DNA of 64,000 bases, from NCBI RefSeq assembly GCF_006345805.1, contig NC_043005.1:63860001-63924000 (forward strand). Direction: 5' to 3'. Within the stretch, counting starts at the first letter, position 1. Every line of letters starts with the position of its first letter. Of the stretch, positions 26,595-41,410 are shown in pieces. The notes beneath the pieces are model-generated. The model searched no databases. It saw nothing but the letters and a program-made list of their open reading frames with translations, and was not told the DNA's origin. This DNA is from Octopus sinensis (lineage: Eukaryota). The translations under genes and the position numbers were made by a program.

Positions 26595-28040
26595 TATTTT
26601 ACTGACAAAAAATATCTTAACATATTAAATACTGAATAAAGGGCAACAGATTAAAAATTCAGTTTTAACCCAGCTCTCTCACGTCCAGATCAACAACTAT
26701 ATTAAATATAGCCTCTTTGTTTAAAAATTTTTCTTTATTAACCACTAAATAACAGTAAACAAAAAAAAATCTATTTGAATACAACTCGGTCAAAAGAAAA
26801 ATGTAAATTTTTGACACATTTTATTCACGAAGAAAATTGTTATAATGTACCGTCCTAATCATAGTAAATCTGGTCTTCAAAAAATGAAAATTCTTATTAT
26901 GCCCAACTCTTTCTCTTGATATCCTAAGCGTTCTTATTTTGCTTTGTACCACGGAGTGCACATGCAATATAATCTCTTGTCAAAAAGATTCCAGATACAT
27001 TTTCGTTTTGAAAGGAAAATATGTCACATATATTTCTTAGTCCTCTGTCTTATAAAGTCTTTAAGAGAAGATAAATGATTTTTGTAAGAACATGTAGAAT
27101 AAGTTCTCATATTGGCACTGTTGTTTTTATAGTTGTTGTTTAGATCGGAGCCTCTAATTTAGCACACCTATCATAACCGTTCCTATCATAACGATCACAT
27201 TTCACTTTCAAGATTTCACAATCTGCTGTGTACTTCTCCTTTTAAAATAGTGAGGTATGATACGAGAGAGGGGGATGGCACACGTGAATAAGTTTTGTTA
27301 AGAAATTAGACCGATATTCAACTATCTCAGCTTCTAACACTTGCAGTCATTTTAGAATTATGAATGATATGATTTCTCATATGGACAGAATCCTATGTCA
27401 AAATGCGGGATCAAGTCTTATCAAAGTCGATTACATCGGATCAGTACTTTGGGTGATACGTAATTTTAACGACTCCAGAAAGATGGGAGTCAAAGTCAAT
27501 CCCAGCAGGATTTGAACACAGGACATATTAGGATGGGACTAAACTTCGCAAGCCATTTTATTCGAAGCATTAGTCATTGTAATGCCGCCTTTTTTTTTTC
27601 TGGTGTTCTACCACATCTATCAATCTACCACCATTTTGTTTGACATTTTACGATTTTATTAATATATGTTAGATTTGAGAATAATAATAATAATGTGGAT
27701 ATTTTGGTTAGCTAACAGTTTTCCAGACAAGTGTTGAAACAGAACTTTTGCTCAATGAAATTGCTGCAGTAAAGACAGTTAAAGAAAAATAATGTCTGAA
27801 AATATGTTCGTAATTAATTCTGAAACAGCAACTTTTCCCGAGTATTATATGCATTACATTAGAAGTTGGGTATTGAATTAGATATTAAATATACATGTGC
27901 CTCCGGAGAGAAATTTCATATGATACGATAATACAGCAATAAAGCTATTATTGTTATGATCAGCATGAAATGATAGTTTTTCATTAAATGATAATCTTTC
28001 AAATATTTTCACAATCAAATAAAGAAACTATTACTGTTAT

Positions 28041-28106
<66 letters not shown>

Positions 28107-28143
28107 TATATACACACATATATATATACACATATAGGTACAT

Positions 28144-28176
<33 letters not shown>

Positions 28177-28578
28177 GTTCATCATTACTTGCGCCCAACG
28201 TTGCACAATCATCAAAATATGAGAGACAAACATCGGTTTAGTTCAATCTACCGATACATTTTGAATTTGTAATATTGACTGAACTTCCAAACATTTCGCA
28301 ATGCTATTGATTTTGTAATCATAAAATAAATATAGAAAAAATGAATATAAACATTTAGAGAAAATTGTATATAAAAATCCCACAAAACAAAAAAAACTTG
28401 TGTATAAATCATATACAACACTTGAATTTAATGTTAAGCTTCAATTTGCTTTATTGTTCCGTGGTTTAATGTCGGTAACATCGAAATAGTCGAACACGAA
28501 ACAGCGTTACCTTACAGTATATAGGCTTTTTTCATATACATTCGGCTCCCACCTAACATTTCGTATCTGTTTCTATTC

Positions 28579-28695
<117 letters not shown>

Positions 28696-28937
28696 GAGAG
28701 ACAGAGACAGAGACAGACAGACAGACAGACAGACAGAGTAGTGGTACAACAAGGCACCAATGTTTACTGGAAGTAGCAGTCGATAAATTTTTGACGCTAT
28801 AGTAAATCTTCACTGTGTATATACTAGCAAAGACGTGTAAGGGCAGCGAACATAAAAAATTACGTCTTACCTCTAGGAAGAACATGAGATAAATGGACAA
28901 CCCCGAATCGGATAATCCAGTACCTAGGTTTCGTGTA

Positions 28938-29006
<69 letters not shown>

Positions 29007-29008
<2 letters not shown>

Positions 29009-29170
29009 GCGGGGGTACCCTAAAGAAACCAGAAGTTTGCAATATTGTTTTAGTCACTTTGTTTTACATGTTTACACTTGTATCACCTTCAAAATATTCT
29101 CCATTTGAAGCAAAGCATCGGCCCTGGCTCGTTTTCCACTCTTCGAAGTAGTGCTGGAAATCATGCAAAT
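29007..29170 (-). mobile_element. mariner-like transposon 3' end
   Basis: Minus strand FQHYFEEWKTSQGRCFASNGEYFEGD, typical of a mariner C-terminus; ends next to a TA run. Confidence 0.7.
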
Positions 29171-29431
29171 TGATGCCTTATAACGCCTCCGTCTTTCAAG
29201 AGTCGACCAGCACGTTGGAATGTAACTTCTTTCTGAAAATGCTTCCCCGATGAAATACTCAATTAACAAATTTCTAAATGAAGTTTTTAATTAATTTAAT
29301 TTAATTTAATTTAATTTCTCTATGGAAACGAATGTAGGGATAAGAATTTCATATTACATTGATTTGAGTATCTTTGAATAAACTGATGTCTATACGTCAA
29401 TTTCTCCATTTTGTTTTTTTATCTCATTCAC

Positions 29432-29466
<35 letters not shown>

Positions 29467-31749
29467 TGTATGTATGTATGTTTGTATGTATGTATGTATG
29501 TGTGTGTATGTATGTATGTATGTATGTGTGTGTACGTATCTATGTATGTATATATGTATGTATGTATCTATGTATGTATGTATGTATGAAATAAATCAAT
29601 ATATGCATATGTAATATATTTGTGCAGGCATATATAAGTGTGTGTACATAATACATTTATATGTGTATGCATATTATGCATTATGAGATTTTGGAAGTGC
29701 ACTTTGAGGAGGGTTGAACCATGCAGGTTATTACATTTATTTGTTTTTCATTATTGAACATCGTCTATGACATGACGCGTCCTTGAGGCGGGGATTCTAA
29801 TTCGTTATTTATTTACCTTATTGCTTCGTGCGACGAAACTGATTTGTATGCTGGAATTAAATGCTCTTCTGCGTATGATTATTTATTTGTTGCATGTTAA
29901 TTTTGGAATTTACAATATATGAATTCTGACTTATCCCTATTTTAGCTTCCATTCACAAAACTAAAATTTGTCTAATCATTATAACAACACCCACTGAATT
30001 GTATATTTTTGCATTTGCTTAATAAGTATAAGAAAATATGTACAGCCAATTTTTGCTGATTTCTCTACGATTTTACCTTTTAATTACTTAGAACTGGAGA
30101 CTCAGGTATGCATGCAAATTAGCTATGCTCTTTATTTAACAGTTAGAGATCAGCTTACAAAGTGTGTTCGTACACATATCAACTAGATCCATCTCCATTT
30201 GTATTTTACACATTCGCCTATGGTACTTTCCAGTCGATTCCTTGGCCGACGCGCCACCTTTTTCAATCTGTTTAGTTAGCAATTTTCACTACCTGTGGTT
30301 TTCTTTTGGTCCTTATCGATTACTATTTTTCCAGTAATATAGAAGAAATTAATGTAAAGATTTCTGTATAAATGATATTTTAGTTTCACCTTTGTCAAGC
30401 AATTTTAGCTCATAACGTCTGAATGCCAAGTCTGGCATGACAAACATGACAAAGACAGACATGATCATTTTGGATTCTTTGTTGTCACCTTGTCAATGTA
30501 GACAGTGATAAATTTTATCCAATCAGAAGTTTCAACAGTTTGAGCCATTTTTTAAAAATATTTTAACATGTTTTTGAATGTTTTAGCAAACTTCTCACGT
30601 CCACTTGGCGCATCCAAATATTCAATCTTGTGACAAATACGCGTAAGCTGCTAATTCATCTCACCTCATCGTTATCCACAACCTAATTTCCAGTATTTTA
30701 AATACACGTACGTTTGCCTTTTCTTTTTATTGATGGCCACTTATATGCCTGCACATATTCAACTCTAGTACACACATCTAAGTGATTCGAAAATATGAAT
30801 GCTGATATGTGTATCATCCATAGCATTTTTAAACCATGATTTATTTACTTTACTCATCAATCTGCGATTTCACAAACACATTCATATAAATATTGCCTTG
30901 AATGTTTTAAGTTATGATCTGAAATGTTCCATTTCTGGATTTTGTGCTATATTAACATGCATTCATAAACTACGTATTTTGTAATTATTAGCACTTATTC
31001 TACCAAGAAGATCTTTCGAATTCTACGTGTTAGTTAGTATTTAGAAATTAAAGGGGTGGGAAATATACACAACCAATGTTTGTTTATATCACTACGAAGT
31101 CAATTTTTAATTTCCTAAACATCTTTATAAACTGAGTCAGGAAAAACATAAGTAAATAGGTTATAGCGTATTTATAAACATGGACCCGCACACATACATA
31201 TTTATATGTATGTGTATAGGGTGTGTCGTATTTGAGCATCAGTGTATGCGTTTGTCTCGGCAAATAATCAATTACATTTATTTGCTTGCAACTGTTAATG
31301 TACACACGCTTACAAACACATGCATATTTACGTATGTATATACTTATGAGTGTGAAAGGTTAACAATCACACGAGGCGATAATATTTAAATCGTTAAAAT
31401 GTTTTTACTTCGCTTGTAGTGTTCGTTAATTATCCCCCTTCCTTTAGAGTTCAATTCATGCTCTATAATTATCAAATGTAATTAATAATGTATTCCTTTT
31501 TAGATTTTTCCGTCCAATTCCGTTTCTTTTTATCCCTTTTATACCTTAATCCTTAACACCATATCTCTATTCCATTCTTAATACTTTTTTCTACTATTCA
31601 CTGTTAATTTTTCTAGTTGATATTCATTTCTACTTTTCATCTTGCTGCTCGTCTACAGTTTCTCTTTCTTCTCTCCTTTCCATAGGCCTCCGCAACATCT
31701 CTTTATTTTTACATTTCCATCCTTCCATCTATCAATATAATACTTATCC

Positions 31750-31771
31750 TTCTATCTATCTATCTATCTAC

Positions 31772-31842
<71 letters not shown>
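31750..31842. repeat. (TATC)n tetranucleotide microsatellite
   Basis: Direct observation. Confidence 0.95.
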
Positions 31843-32349
31843 GTTACCTAACTATCTAACTGTCTAACTTCTCTCGCAGTTTTTAATCTGCATGGATGAT
31901 AACTGGAGGAGATGTAATATTTATTTATACCAAGTTGTATCTAAGAAGTAATAAAATTTTATCATGTATTACGTTATTCATAGCAAATCCGCAAATCTAC
32001 TTTTCAGCATTTCTAGGAATAAACTATACTATTATAACAACCTGATTACTTTGTCGCTTATATTTACAGAGCCATGTATTCAAGTTTTAAATAGTACATG
32101 CTACCATTTTTAAACACACACGTACATGCACGCACACACGCACATCCACAGGAACACACACAGGCACCAACACACATATGTATGCGTATGTATATCTATA
32201 TGCATATATATATGCATATATATATATAAATGTATATTTATATATATGTGTGTATATGTGTATGTGTGTGTGTGCATGTGTTTGTGTGTGTATAAACATG
32301 AGAATGAAGATACGCCATGAAGAAGACACTTCAGAATGCATACACACAT

Positions 32350-32403
<54 letters not shown>

Positions 32404-32429
32404 GAAATATCTATAAAACCGTCAAAAGG

Positions 32430-33420
32430 TTCTTTATTTTTTGGTTTTTTGATTTATTATTGGTGGGGTTTTTTTTCTCTGGTTTTGTGCTACACTGTTA
32501 TTACGAAGAACCTCGTCTAATATGTGGCACTTGGTGAAGAATGGAGTTTGATATAGCTACCCTCATTTGCACCTCTTGCCGTGAGGTAGGTTCATCTGGG
32601 ACTCTCGACAGGAAGATGCCCAGCTTTGATTTAAAAACCGCTACATCTACTTTGTGCAAGTTCCTCAGACTCTTTGGGAGAATATTAAAAAGCGGTAGGC
32701 CCTTGAAACCCAGGCTGTTGCAGAAGCTGGTCCTGAAGCGTAATGGCATTGCTGGGATCTTTGGCACTATGCAGTGTCGTCCCGTTCTAGCATTGGTGTA
32801 GCTTACAATGCCAAAATTTGGCACAATTTCTTCCAGGATCTTCCAGACATATATTACTGCATACCTCTCCCGTCTTCTCTCCAGGGAGTAGAGTCTTAGC
32901 TGTTTCAACCTTTCGCAGTAGCTGAGCTGTTGCAAAGAGACAATCTTCTTTGTGAATCTTCTCTGGATTGCTTCAAGGTCCGCTGTTAATTTTACACTGG
33001 TGGGTGACCATAGCTGTGAGCAGTAATCCAGGCGGCTGAGGACGAATGTCCGCCAGAGGAACATCATGGTTTCCTTACCTCTGGTTCTGAATGTTCTTAG
33101 GATCCACCCAGCCAGTCGTCTGCACTTTGTCGCTATCCTGGTAATGTGCACTTGGAAAGAGGTATCATCAATCATGTCGATACCCAGGTCCCTCACAGAC
33201 TTAGGCTCCGGGATTGATATTCCCTGTGGACCGGTGTTTCCTGTAAGTTTAATATTCAGTTTTGGATGCTGGTAGCGCAGGGCCTGGAATTTTTCAGCAT
33301 TAAACTGCATATTATTATCCTCAGCCCATCTGTAGATTGAGTCCAACTCCTGCTGCAGGTGTGCAACATCGCTGGGGTTCTGTATTTTCTGCGAGACTAT
33401 CGTATCGTCTGCGTAGTTGT
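32430..33420 (-). mobile_element. 5'-truncated CR1-group LINE (RT C-terminal half and 3' UTR)
   Basis: Open frame from NYADDT (~33418) through ORF 32501-33346: WAEDNNMQFNAEKF, VRDLGI, SRLDYCSQLWSP, LYSLERRRERY, VPDEP. Confidence 0.92.
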
Positions 33421-34507
33421 TTAATGTTTTGCTAAAATTGCTACTTCTTTTCAGATATCAGGAAAAGGTAATTAAAATTCATTAAAATGACGGATCTATT
33501 GGATTTGCAAAGAAGTCAAATTGTTGGTGCTCGTATGGCAGGTGCTAGCGTAACGAAAACAGCCAAAATGTTTGGTGTATCAAAAAGTTACGAAAGTAAT
33601 GACAGTCTTTAAGAAAGAAGGAAAAACCTCCTCGTCGAAACAAAACTCCGGAAGAAAACCAAAACTTTCAGATAGACACCGTCGGACTCTTATACGAATT
33701 GCTAGAAAGGATCAGAAAAGTATAGCTCACAAAATTACTGCAGAGCTTGATGACCACCTCGAGAACCCAGTTTTCACAAAAACTGTTTGGCGGGAGCTGC
33801 ACAAAGCTGGATTTCACGGGAATGGTGCAATCAGAAAACAACTACCTTCAAAAACAAATGTTGCATAGCGTTTAGAGTGGAGTAAAAACCTACAGAATTG
33901 GTCCCTAGAGCAGTGGAAGAATGTTATTTTCTCAGACGCATCATTCTTTACCCTATTTCCGACCACCGGCCGCGTATACGTGTGGAAACAGCCAAAAGAA
34001 GTATCTGACCCAGACAGCCTTCTTCCAACTGATAAACATGGCGGAGGATCTGTGATGATTTCTGGGCTTATATATTGGAAATCCACCGGCCCAATGATCA
34101 AGACTACTTAAGCATTTTATCTGACCAAATTCATCCTATGACTGCGGAATTGTTTCCGGAGGGAAGCGCAATCTTTCAGGATGATAATGCACCAATTCAC
34201 ACAGCTAAAGTTGTTACTGAATGGCACGAGGAACATTCTAGTGAAGTTGAAGAGTATTATTGAACATTTAGGGTGCATTTTAGAAAATCAAGTAAGGAGT
34301 CGATATCCTCCACCATCATCACTACAAAAACTGGAGACTACTTTAGCTGAAGAATAGACAAAAATTCTTTTGGAAACAATTCAAACTTTGTGCAACTTCA
34401 TCCCTCGTAGAATTCAAGCCGTAGTTACTGCCAAAGGCGGTCCTACCCCAAATTGAAATAAACTTGTTTGAAATTTTAAGGTGCTCCATTATTCTGCCCA
34501 ACCCCTG
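33421..34507 (+). mobile_element. Tc1-type DNA transposon, degenerate, left end missing
   Basis: ATG 33487 MTDLLDLQRSQIVGARMAGAS; NSGRKPKLSDRHRR; FSDAS; KHGGGSVM; IFQDDNAPIH; right TIR ...ATTATTCTGCCCAACCCCTG followed by TA. Confidence 0.92.
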
Positions 34508-34580
<73 letters not shown>

Positions 34581-34607
34581 GTGTGTGTGTGTGTGTATGT
34601 ATGTATG

Positions 34608-34649
<42 letters not shown>

Positions 34650-35897
34650 AATGTATGTATATATATACATATATACACATATATATTCATATATTCACAT
34701 ATATATATATGTATGTATGTATGTTTGTATGTATGTATGTATGTATGCATGTATGCATGTATGTATACTGATGTCTGCTTCATGGCACAACTTCATGCTC
34801 ATATTTACATATGACTGTTTCTTTTTTTCGTTGGTTTTTTTTTATTGGTTTTGTTCCTTGTTCGTATGTTTCAATGCTCCTGAAATATACTTTTATCTTA
34901 AATCTGGGCATCAAGTCTCTTACTATTACTTCTATGGCATCAATTCTCTATCTATGGAATCAAATCTCTAGCTATTGTTTCTAATTTTATTTTAATGTAA
35001 TTTTTGTAGTCTGTACAAAGTCTGTACAAGCTCAGGTGAATACAAATTGTCGAATATCAAAGAAGCAAAAGCTAGAGTGACAGTTAATATATTTTTTTTG
35101 TAAACATTAATATTCTTCGTGATAAAATTATGTCTATACTATTCAATTTTTTAATGCTTTAGTTTCAATTTATTTTTTTGCAGCAAAAGCATCACTGAGA
35201 GATAGACTTGATACAGTGTCAAACAAAATGCTTCCCTTTATTTATTTACTATTCTCTACTTTCTGAGTTTAAATTTGTCAAAGCTCGCTTAAACTCCAGT
35301 GATCTTGAGCTTGATAAAATTAAGTACTATTCCTTATCCGCGAGGGGTTTCCTTGTTGTTTAGTCCCCCACTCCCATCCGCCCCACCCCACACGCGTACA
35401 CACGCAATCGGGTTCTAAACAACGGAAAAACAAAAGTATGTTTTTAGTGTTATTGTCGTTGTTGGTTAAACCAAACCCATCCTTTATTAAGGTCCACATT
35501 ATTTAAAGTCTCCTTCATTTGCAGGCTAATATATTTACGCGAGATTTGACTACTGCTTCTAGCCTTCCCGTTGTGTAAGTTTAAGCTGATATACACGTAT
35601 TTCCCAAATTTCAGACAAAATGTTTGAAATATCATCTTTTATAATTTCAGAAGCATATTTCAAAAGCATTAAAACATATGAACAAAGAATATTCTCCATT
35701 TATTCTGTCGTCTCTGCTATATATTCCTGCTAATTTCTTATATGAACAGCTGACTGTCGTGAAAACAACAACAATATAACTAACAATAGTAGCAGCAACA
35801 ACGCGATGCAAATAACATCTTGCTCTCTCCCAAACTATACGCTTTTTTCCTTGAAAACGGATGAACACATTAGATAATGTTTCCCTATTTACCACTA

Positions 35898-36214
35898 GTG
35901 GAGGCGCAATGACCCAGTGGTTAGGGCAGCGGATTCGCGGTCGGAGGATCGTAGCTTCGATTCCCACACCCGGCGTCGTGTGTGCTTATTGAGCGAAAAC
36001 ACCTAAAGCTCCACGATGCTCCGGCAGGAGGTGGTGGCGACTCCTGTTGTACTCTTTCGCCCCAACTTTCTCTCACTCTCTCTTCCTGTTTCTTGAGTAA
36101 CGCTGCGATGGACTGGCGTCCCGTCCAGCTGGGGGATACACATACGCCACAGAAATCGGGAAACCGGGCCTATGAGCCTGGCTAGGCTTGAAAAGGGCGA
36201 CGTTTATCGTTTTT
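35898..36214 (+). mobile_element. full-length Meta/V-like tRNA-SINE
   Basis: Perfect 12-bp TSD TATTTACCACTA at 35886-35897 and 36215-36226; homologous to 13-323. Confidence 0.9.
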
Positions 36215-38524
36215 TATTTACCACTAAAAATACAAGATAATTATAGCATTGATCATAGGTGTAGAAAATCAAGGTTGATATGGGGCCAGAGCAGCAATGA
36301 CTATACAGACGAAGCAGAAGCAAAACTAATAATTAGAACTTCAACAGAAAAAAGATCTATAGCAACGAGATATTTTAGTAATCAGGTATTTTAAATATGT
36401 CTATCATTCAAGCGCAAGGAGTGATAGATTTAAGACTCGTTAATGCAGCGGACAGCATTGTTTACTGCTTTAATTTCCTTTACGTTCTAAGTTTAAAATA
36501 CCACCAGAACCGAAATGTCCCCTCTTCCCACAAAACAAACACCAGCTAACAGGAAGGATATGTAATAGAGAAATAAACAATGAATGTCTAATATTATTTA
36601 GAAGACACCGTGGGAAAAGTTTTGGTATTATTTCATCAGCAGAAAATTTATTGTAATTAGTAATAAGAAAATGTACAAAATTCTACATGATATTGCGTTC
36701 GACACTTTATTGCTTTTTTTTTTTTAGTTCAAGCTAGACAAGTTATTCTGCATGTATAATTTCGTTTGGACGGCGGGACTTAATTTTAGAAATTTTTGGA
36801 AAGCGACCAAAACCTGGCGGTCACCCTAACGACTGGGTTCTCATTTTATCGACGGAAGTATCACATATGCCGAGAAATTCCAACTTGCAATTGAGCAAAT
36901 AAATCGTCATCTGTAAGAGAATAAATATTTTCTACAATCACCTTTATCTGTTCCTTTTACAGACCTTTGTTGTAGACATGTATTACAGCGCTTATAAGTG
37001 AACGTTACTGTTATATGAACCTCATCCCCATCAATTTCCAGTTTGAAGGCGAAGGAAATGTGAGGATGTACTATGTAAGTGAAGCTTAGACCGGTTGCTG
37101 GCATTGCCCAGTGGACAGCAAGGTCCACAGGGGAACAAGGTTATCCTCTATAGAAGTCCTCAGACAACTGGAAGAAATTGAGAGAATGGAATGGTGAATC
37201 TTTGGTTGAGAGGGAGTGTAATACGAATAGAGGTGAGAGACAGTGGCCTTCTAATGGACAGGGGCAAATAGATGGTGGATGCCAACGATGGAAACATCTA
37301 GAAATTGAATGTCTGAAAGAAGTTAATATAAGAGGTGAAGCTAACGAGTTGCTGTTGTTTGCTGGGTAAGATGGTTCTAATGTATTTGAATATATAGCGT
37401 CCGTATACCTCTGAAGCGGTTCAAGTGGACTGCGTAAAAATTATTGATCAATATTGCCGAGAAAATCATTTGTGAAGTTTGGGCTTATTTTGCTCCTGTG
37501 GTGACAGCGCTCATTTATTCATAAAAGGTCGGCCAGCTGGAAAAGTTTAGTCATTTCGAACTTAGATGCTAAGGTTGTAGCTGTGGGGCATAATCGTATA
37601 AAGCATTTAAACGTCCTTCTTGAATAGCATTTTGAAATGTCTTGAGGAAAAGTGAAACTATTCACAGAGAGCTCGAGAATAACTGATATCCATAATGTGT
37701 GTTGGTAAGGCAGGAACAAAGGTTTATAAAAGTTTATCGAACTACCTAGAAAGACGTTCGATGGAACAATTAATTGCTGAGATGATATTGGGTGGGGGCT
37801 AGGATTATCGATTTGGGGAATTTGTTGAGTGAAAAGAAACGATTGGAGTTACACTGAATTACTTTATTGTCAGAGGGTGAAATGAGTTAGAGAGATGTGA
37901 GGATGCACGGTTGTAGAGTGTTGCAACTGGTTATGGTAGAGGAAGTCTCTAGGCAACTTGCTATTAAAGAGAGGTTAGTTGAGTTCAACACAGTTGGCCA
38001 ATCCATTAAACACTTCTTCTCTGTGTTCAGTATAAACGCCTCTTAATAACCCCCACAACTCACCTGCTGTGTATGAATGCTCGTTTGAAGACAGACTTAC
38101 TGAGAATGCTTTCAAATTAAGTGCCATGCATTATCATTTTTAATTTTAGGTTCATTTTAATATTATTTCTAACAATAATATCGTTTACGTCCTTCTGTTA
38201 CTGTTTACGTGTGCATCAATATTATTTGGTGTGCGTACATGCTGACGCTGTTACAAGAATTATTTTCTTTTCTTTTTAAGTCATTAAGAATTTTGCTTTT
38301 GCATCTCATTTTTAATATGATTGCATGGATGTGCGTACAATCTACAACTCACGAGCTATTCATACAGGTTCCATCTTACTTGCGTATGCAAAAAACCCAT
38401 GTAAATGTATGTGTCTCAATAAAGTCGTTAACAAACTTCCTCTTCTGTTTTCTGATCAATCCAAGGAAAAAAAAAACACTATTCCTTAAGCTAAATATAC
38501 TTTCAAAATGTAAGGCTCCACACC

Positions 38525-38738
38525 CTTATTCTTTTATCCTTTTATTCTTTCATTCTTTTACTGTTTCAGTCCTTTGACATCGGCCATGAACGAGCACCGC
38601 CTTCAAGGATTTTAGTCGAACAAATCCCCCCCAAAATTTATTTTTCAAGACTAGTACTTACTCTACCAGGCTCTTTTGACGAACCACTAGGGTTGTCAAG
38701 TGGTGATGGGGACAAATACAGACACACACACATAAAAA

Positions 38739-38833
<95 letters not shown>

Positions 38834-38844
38834 ATATAAATATA

Positions 38845-38879
<35 letters not shown>

Positions 38880-38898
38880 GCATGTATACACACACATA

Positions 38899-38950
<52 letters not shown>

Positions 38951-39207
38951 TGTACCGGAGTAAGCCAATAAATTCGAAACAAGGTGGAAAAAAATAGTAC
39001 TCGAATACCAGAGGTAGAGTAATATGCTGTATTGAAAACCAGCAAAAATATCACAAAAACTCTTCCGTGTACCAAATCCATTCACAAGGCTTTGGTCGGC
39101 TAGAGGTTATAATAGAAGACACTTGCCCAAGGTGTCACGCAGCGCGACTGAACCAGAGAGCATGTGGTTAGGAAGCAATCTTCTTACCACACAACAGCGC
39201 CTGCGCC
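38525..39207 (-). mobile_element. second-family SINE with expanded internal microsatellite and a short foreign insert
   Basis: Both SINE halves recognisable (38560-38720 and 39070-39207). Confidence 0.7.
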
Positions 39208-39409
39208 ATATTTTTCATATTCTCTCAAGACCTCATTCCATCTTGAAATTTCCTATTCTCTATCACTCTCACTCTCTCTCTCTCTCTCTCTATCTCTCTC
39301 TACTTCTCTCCTCCAAACACACGCATACTCAGGTACTAACTCTCTACTACATCCCGTAATTCTCTGGTCTGTTCCCACTTACATGAACTAAGAAAACAAA
39401 ATGTTCTCT

Positions 39410-39444
39410 CTCCTCGAAAAAGGACGTCGTCCGAAACGTCGGAG
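39410..39444 (+). ncRNA. hammerhead-like motif with variant core
   Basis: ctcc TCGAAAA a ggac gtc gtcc GAAA cg TC ggag: stems I and II pair, GAAACGUC is intact, CUGANGA box is altered. Confidence 0.45.
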
Positions 39445-39589
39445 CCATGTATTGAAATAGCATACGAACATAAGAAACTTTAAACATTACCAGTATATAA
39501 CATTTACGATGGATGCAGAACCCTATTAAACTCCCTAGATTGTATTTCTTACCTATGAGTATGTGCATACATACACATAAACATACACG

Positions 39590-39629
<40 letters not shown>

Positions 39630-41119
39630 TATATGTAATCATGTAATATGTAATATATGTAATATATGCCTATATGTAATTCCTTGCCTTCATTGCGTGC
39701 AATTTTGATCTTTCGAGATAGAATAATTAAATATGTAGTATAGACCGAACGACAGCTGCACTTTCGTGCATTTATATTTCTAAAAATTCACGTTTTTATC
39801 TTTTCTTAATTTATACTTCATTACTATATTTCGTTATTATTTAATATTCATATTTTCATTTTGTAGTTTGCTACTATTTTTCTCCCATCCTTAATAGTCT
39901 TCTATAACACTTTTCACATTTTGCCCTCAGTCTTTTCCTCGTTTAATTGCTTTAGTTCATTTAATTATATTTCTTAACAGTATTTGATTCGGTTTTGTGT
40001 CAGAATGAAAACAACATTATCAATAAACACAATAGAAATCAATTCAAAATGAGTTTTTAAAATTACTCCAACCTCAAATCTGTTTCAGTTTTGAAAGGAT
40101 TGAGTTATGCTTTATCTAAAGTAAACAGAATAAATAGGAAGACCTATTTTTTCTTTGAATCTCATTCATAAATCTCTTATAAAAGTATTTCAGAGAAATA
40201 TGATAAACGAAACAAATTAGATTAAATATTAATTAGGCATCTCATTTCCCTAATCGTCGAGTTTTGCTGGAATATACAGCTTCTATCGAAAGAATGATAA
40301 TACCAAACGCGATTTATCTTGCTGGTAAATTATGCATAGTGAGCCAAGAAGGTAATTTCATCGACAGCAAAACAATTCTGTATGTTTTTTTAAACCACTT
40401 CAGCTATAAAGGTATTCATTTAATTGGTAATTCTGTGAAAACACGTTTCTTCATTTCATGCAAGAAAGAAAGAAATAAGTAAGGAGAAAGTCATGGTCTG
40501 AAACAAAACTGCGCATTACTAGAACGCCAGGTATCCTAGTACGTTACAATCTGGATATGTTAATAGCTCTCTGTACTAAAAGAATGAGCTTGTTTTGTTA
40601 GAATACGTTGGTGTGTTACCAGTCCATAGTCTAACATATAGGAAATACTTAAATAATCTAAGAAATAATATGAGCTCATGGAAATATATTCGGTGAAACC
40701 TAACTGCTTACCAGAGTTGCGCAACTTCTTAAATACCACAGAATAAAATCAGTATCAAGTACTACTAACTGGCATGTTACCCCTAGAAGCAGTGTATCTC
40801 AAAGCACATAAAGTTATAAATAGTAGCATGTAAATATTAAGTTGAAATTCCCTTTTGGGTCCACGGGTCAACATCTGCGAGCATGACAGACGTTCTCCCA
40901 TTACACCAAGCAATCCTTCCAGTCTCTCTATCAAATTTAGAAACTATATTCCACCAGCGAGGAGTATAACTTGTTGACATCATAAAAAATTATAAACTTC
41001 GGAGAGAACGCGATCTCAGGAAATTTATAATCCCTATAACGCCAATAATAAATATAAACACAGTCATATATATATATATATGAGTGTATGTGTGTGTGTG
41101 CGTGTATTTGTGTGTGTAC

Positions 41120-41410
41120 GTACATGTGTTTCTACCAATGCCATCTACTGCACCTCCTACTCTCTCTGCCCTTCTCTATACATCTGGCAAACGGGACGCC
41201 GCTTGGCTGACAGGTTCGCGGAACACCTCCGAAACATCCGACTCGGCAATGACACCTCGGTCTCGTGCCATTTCCGCTCTACCGGTCACTCTTTGCAACA
41301 CCTCTCTGTTTTCGGATTGTCCTTGCACAGGGACCATCCGGACTCCCGTTTGCGCCTTGAACAGGGATTAATCTTCTCTCTTCGCTCCTTTCCGCCACAT
41401 GTTCTCAACA
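41120..41410 (+). mobile_element. Neptune-type PLE GIY-YIG endonuclease fragment
   Basis: NAIYCTSYSLCPSLYIWQTGRRLADRFAEHLRNIR..VSCHFRSTGHS..RLRLEQGLIFSL. Confidence 0.88.

Noticed and set aside
35898-35970. tRNA gene
   Set aside because: It is the tRNA-derived head of a TSD-flanked SINE without a complete cloverleaf.
36900-38110. Possible old LINE remnant (also 47800-48210, 52420-52770, and Tc1-like 30100-30700)
   Set aside because: Only faint motif resemblance; too degenerate to call without a search.
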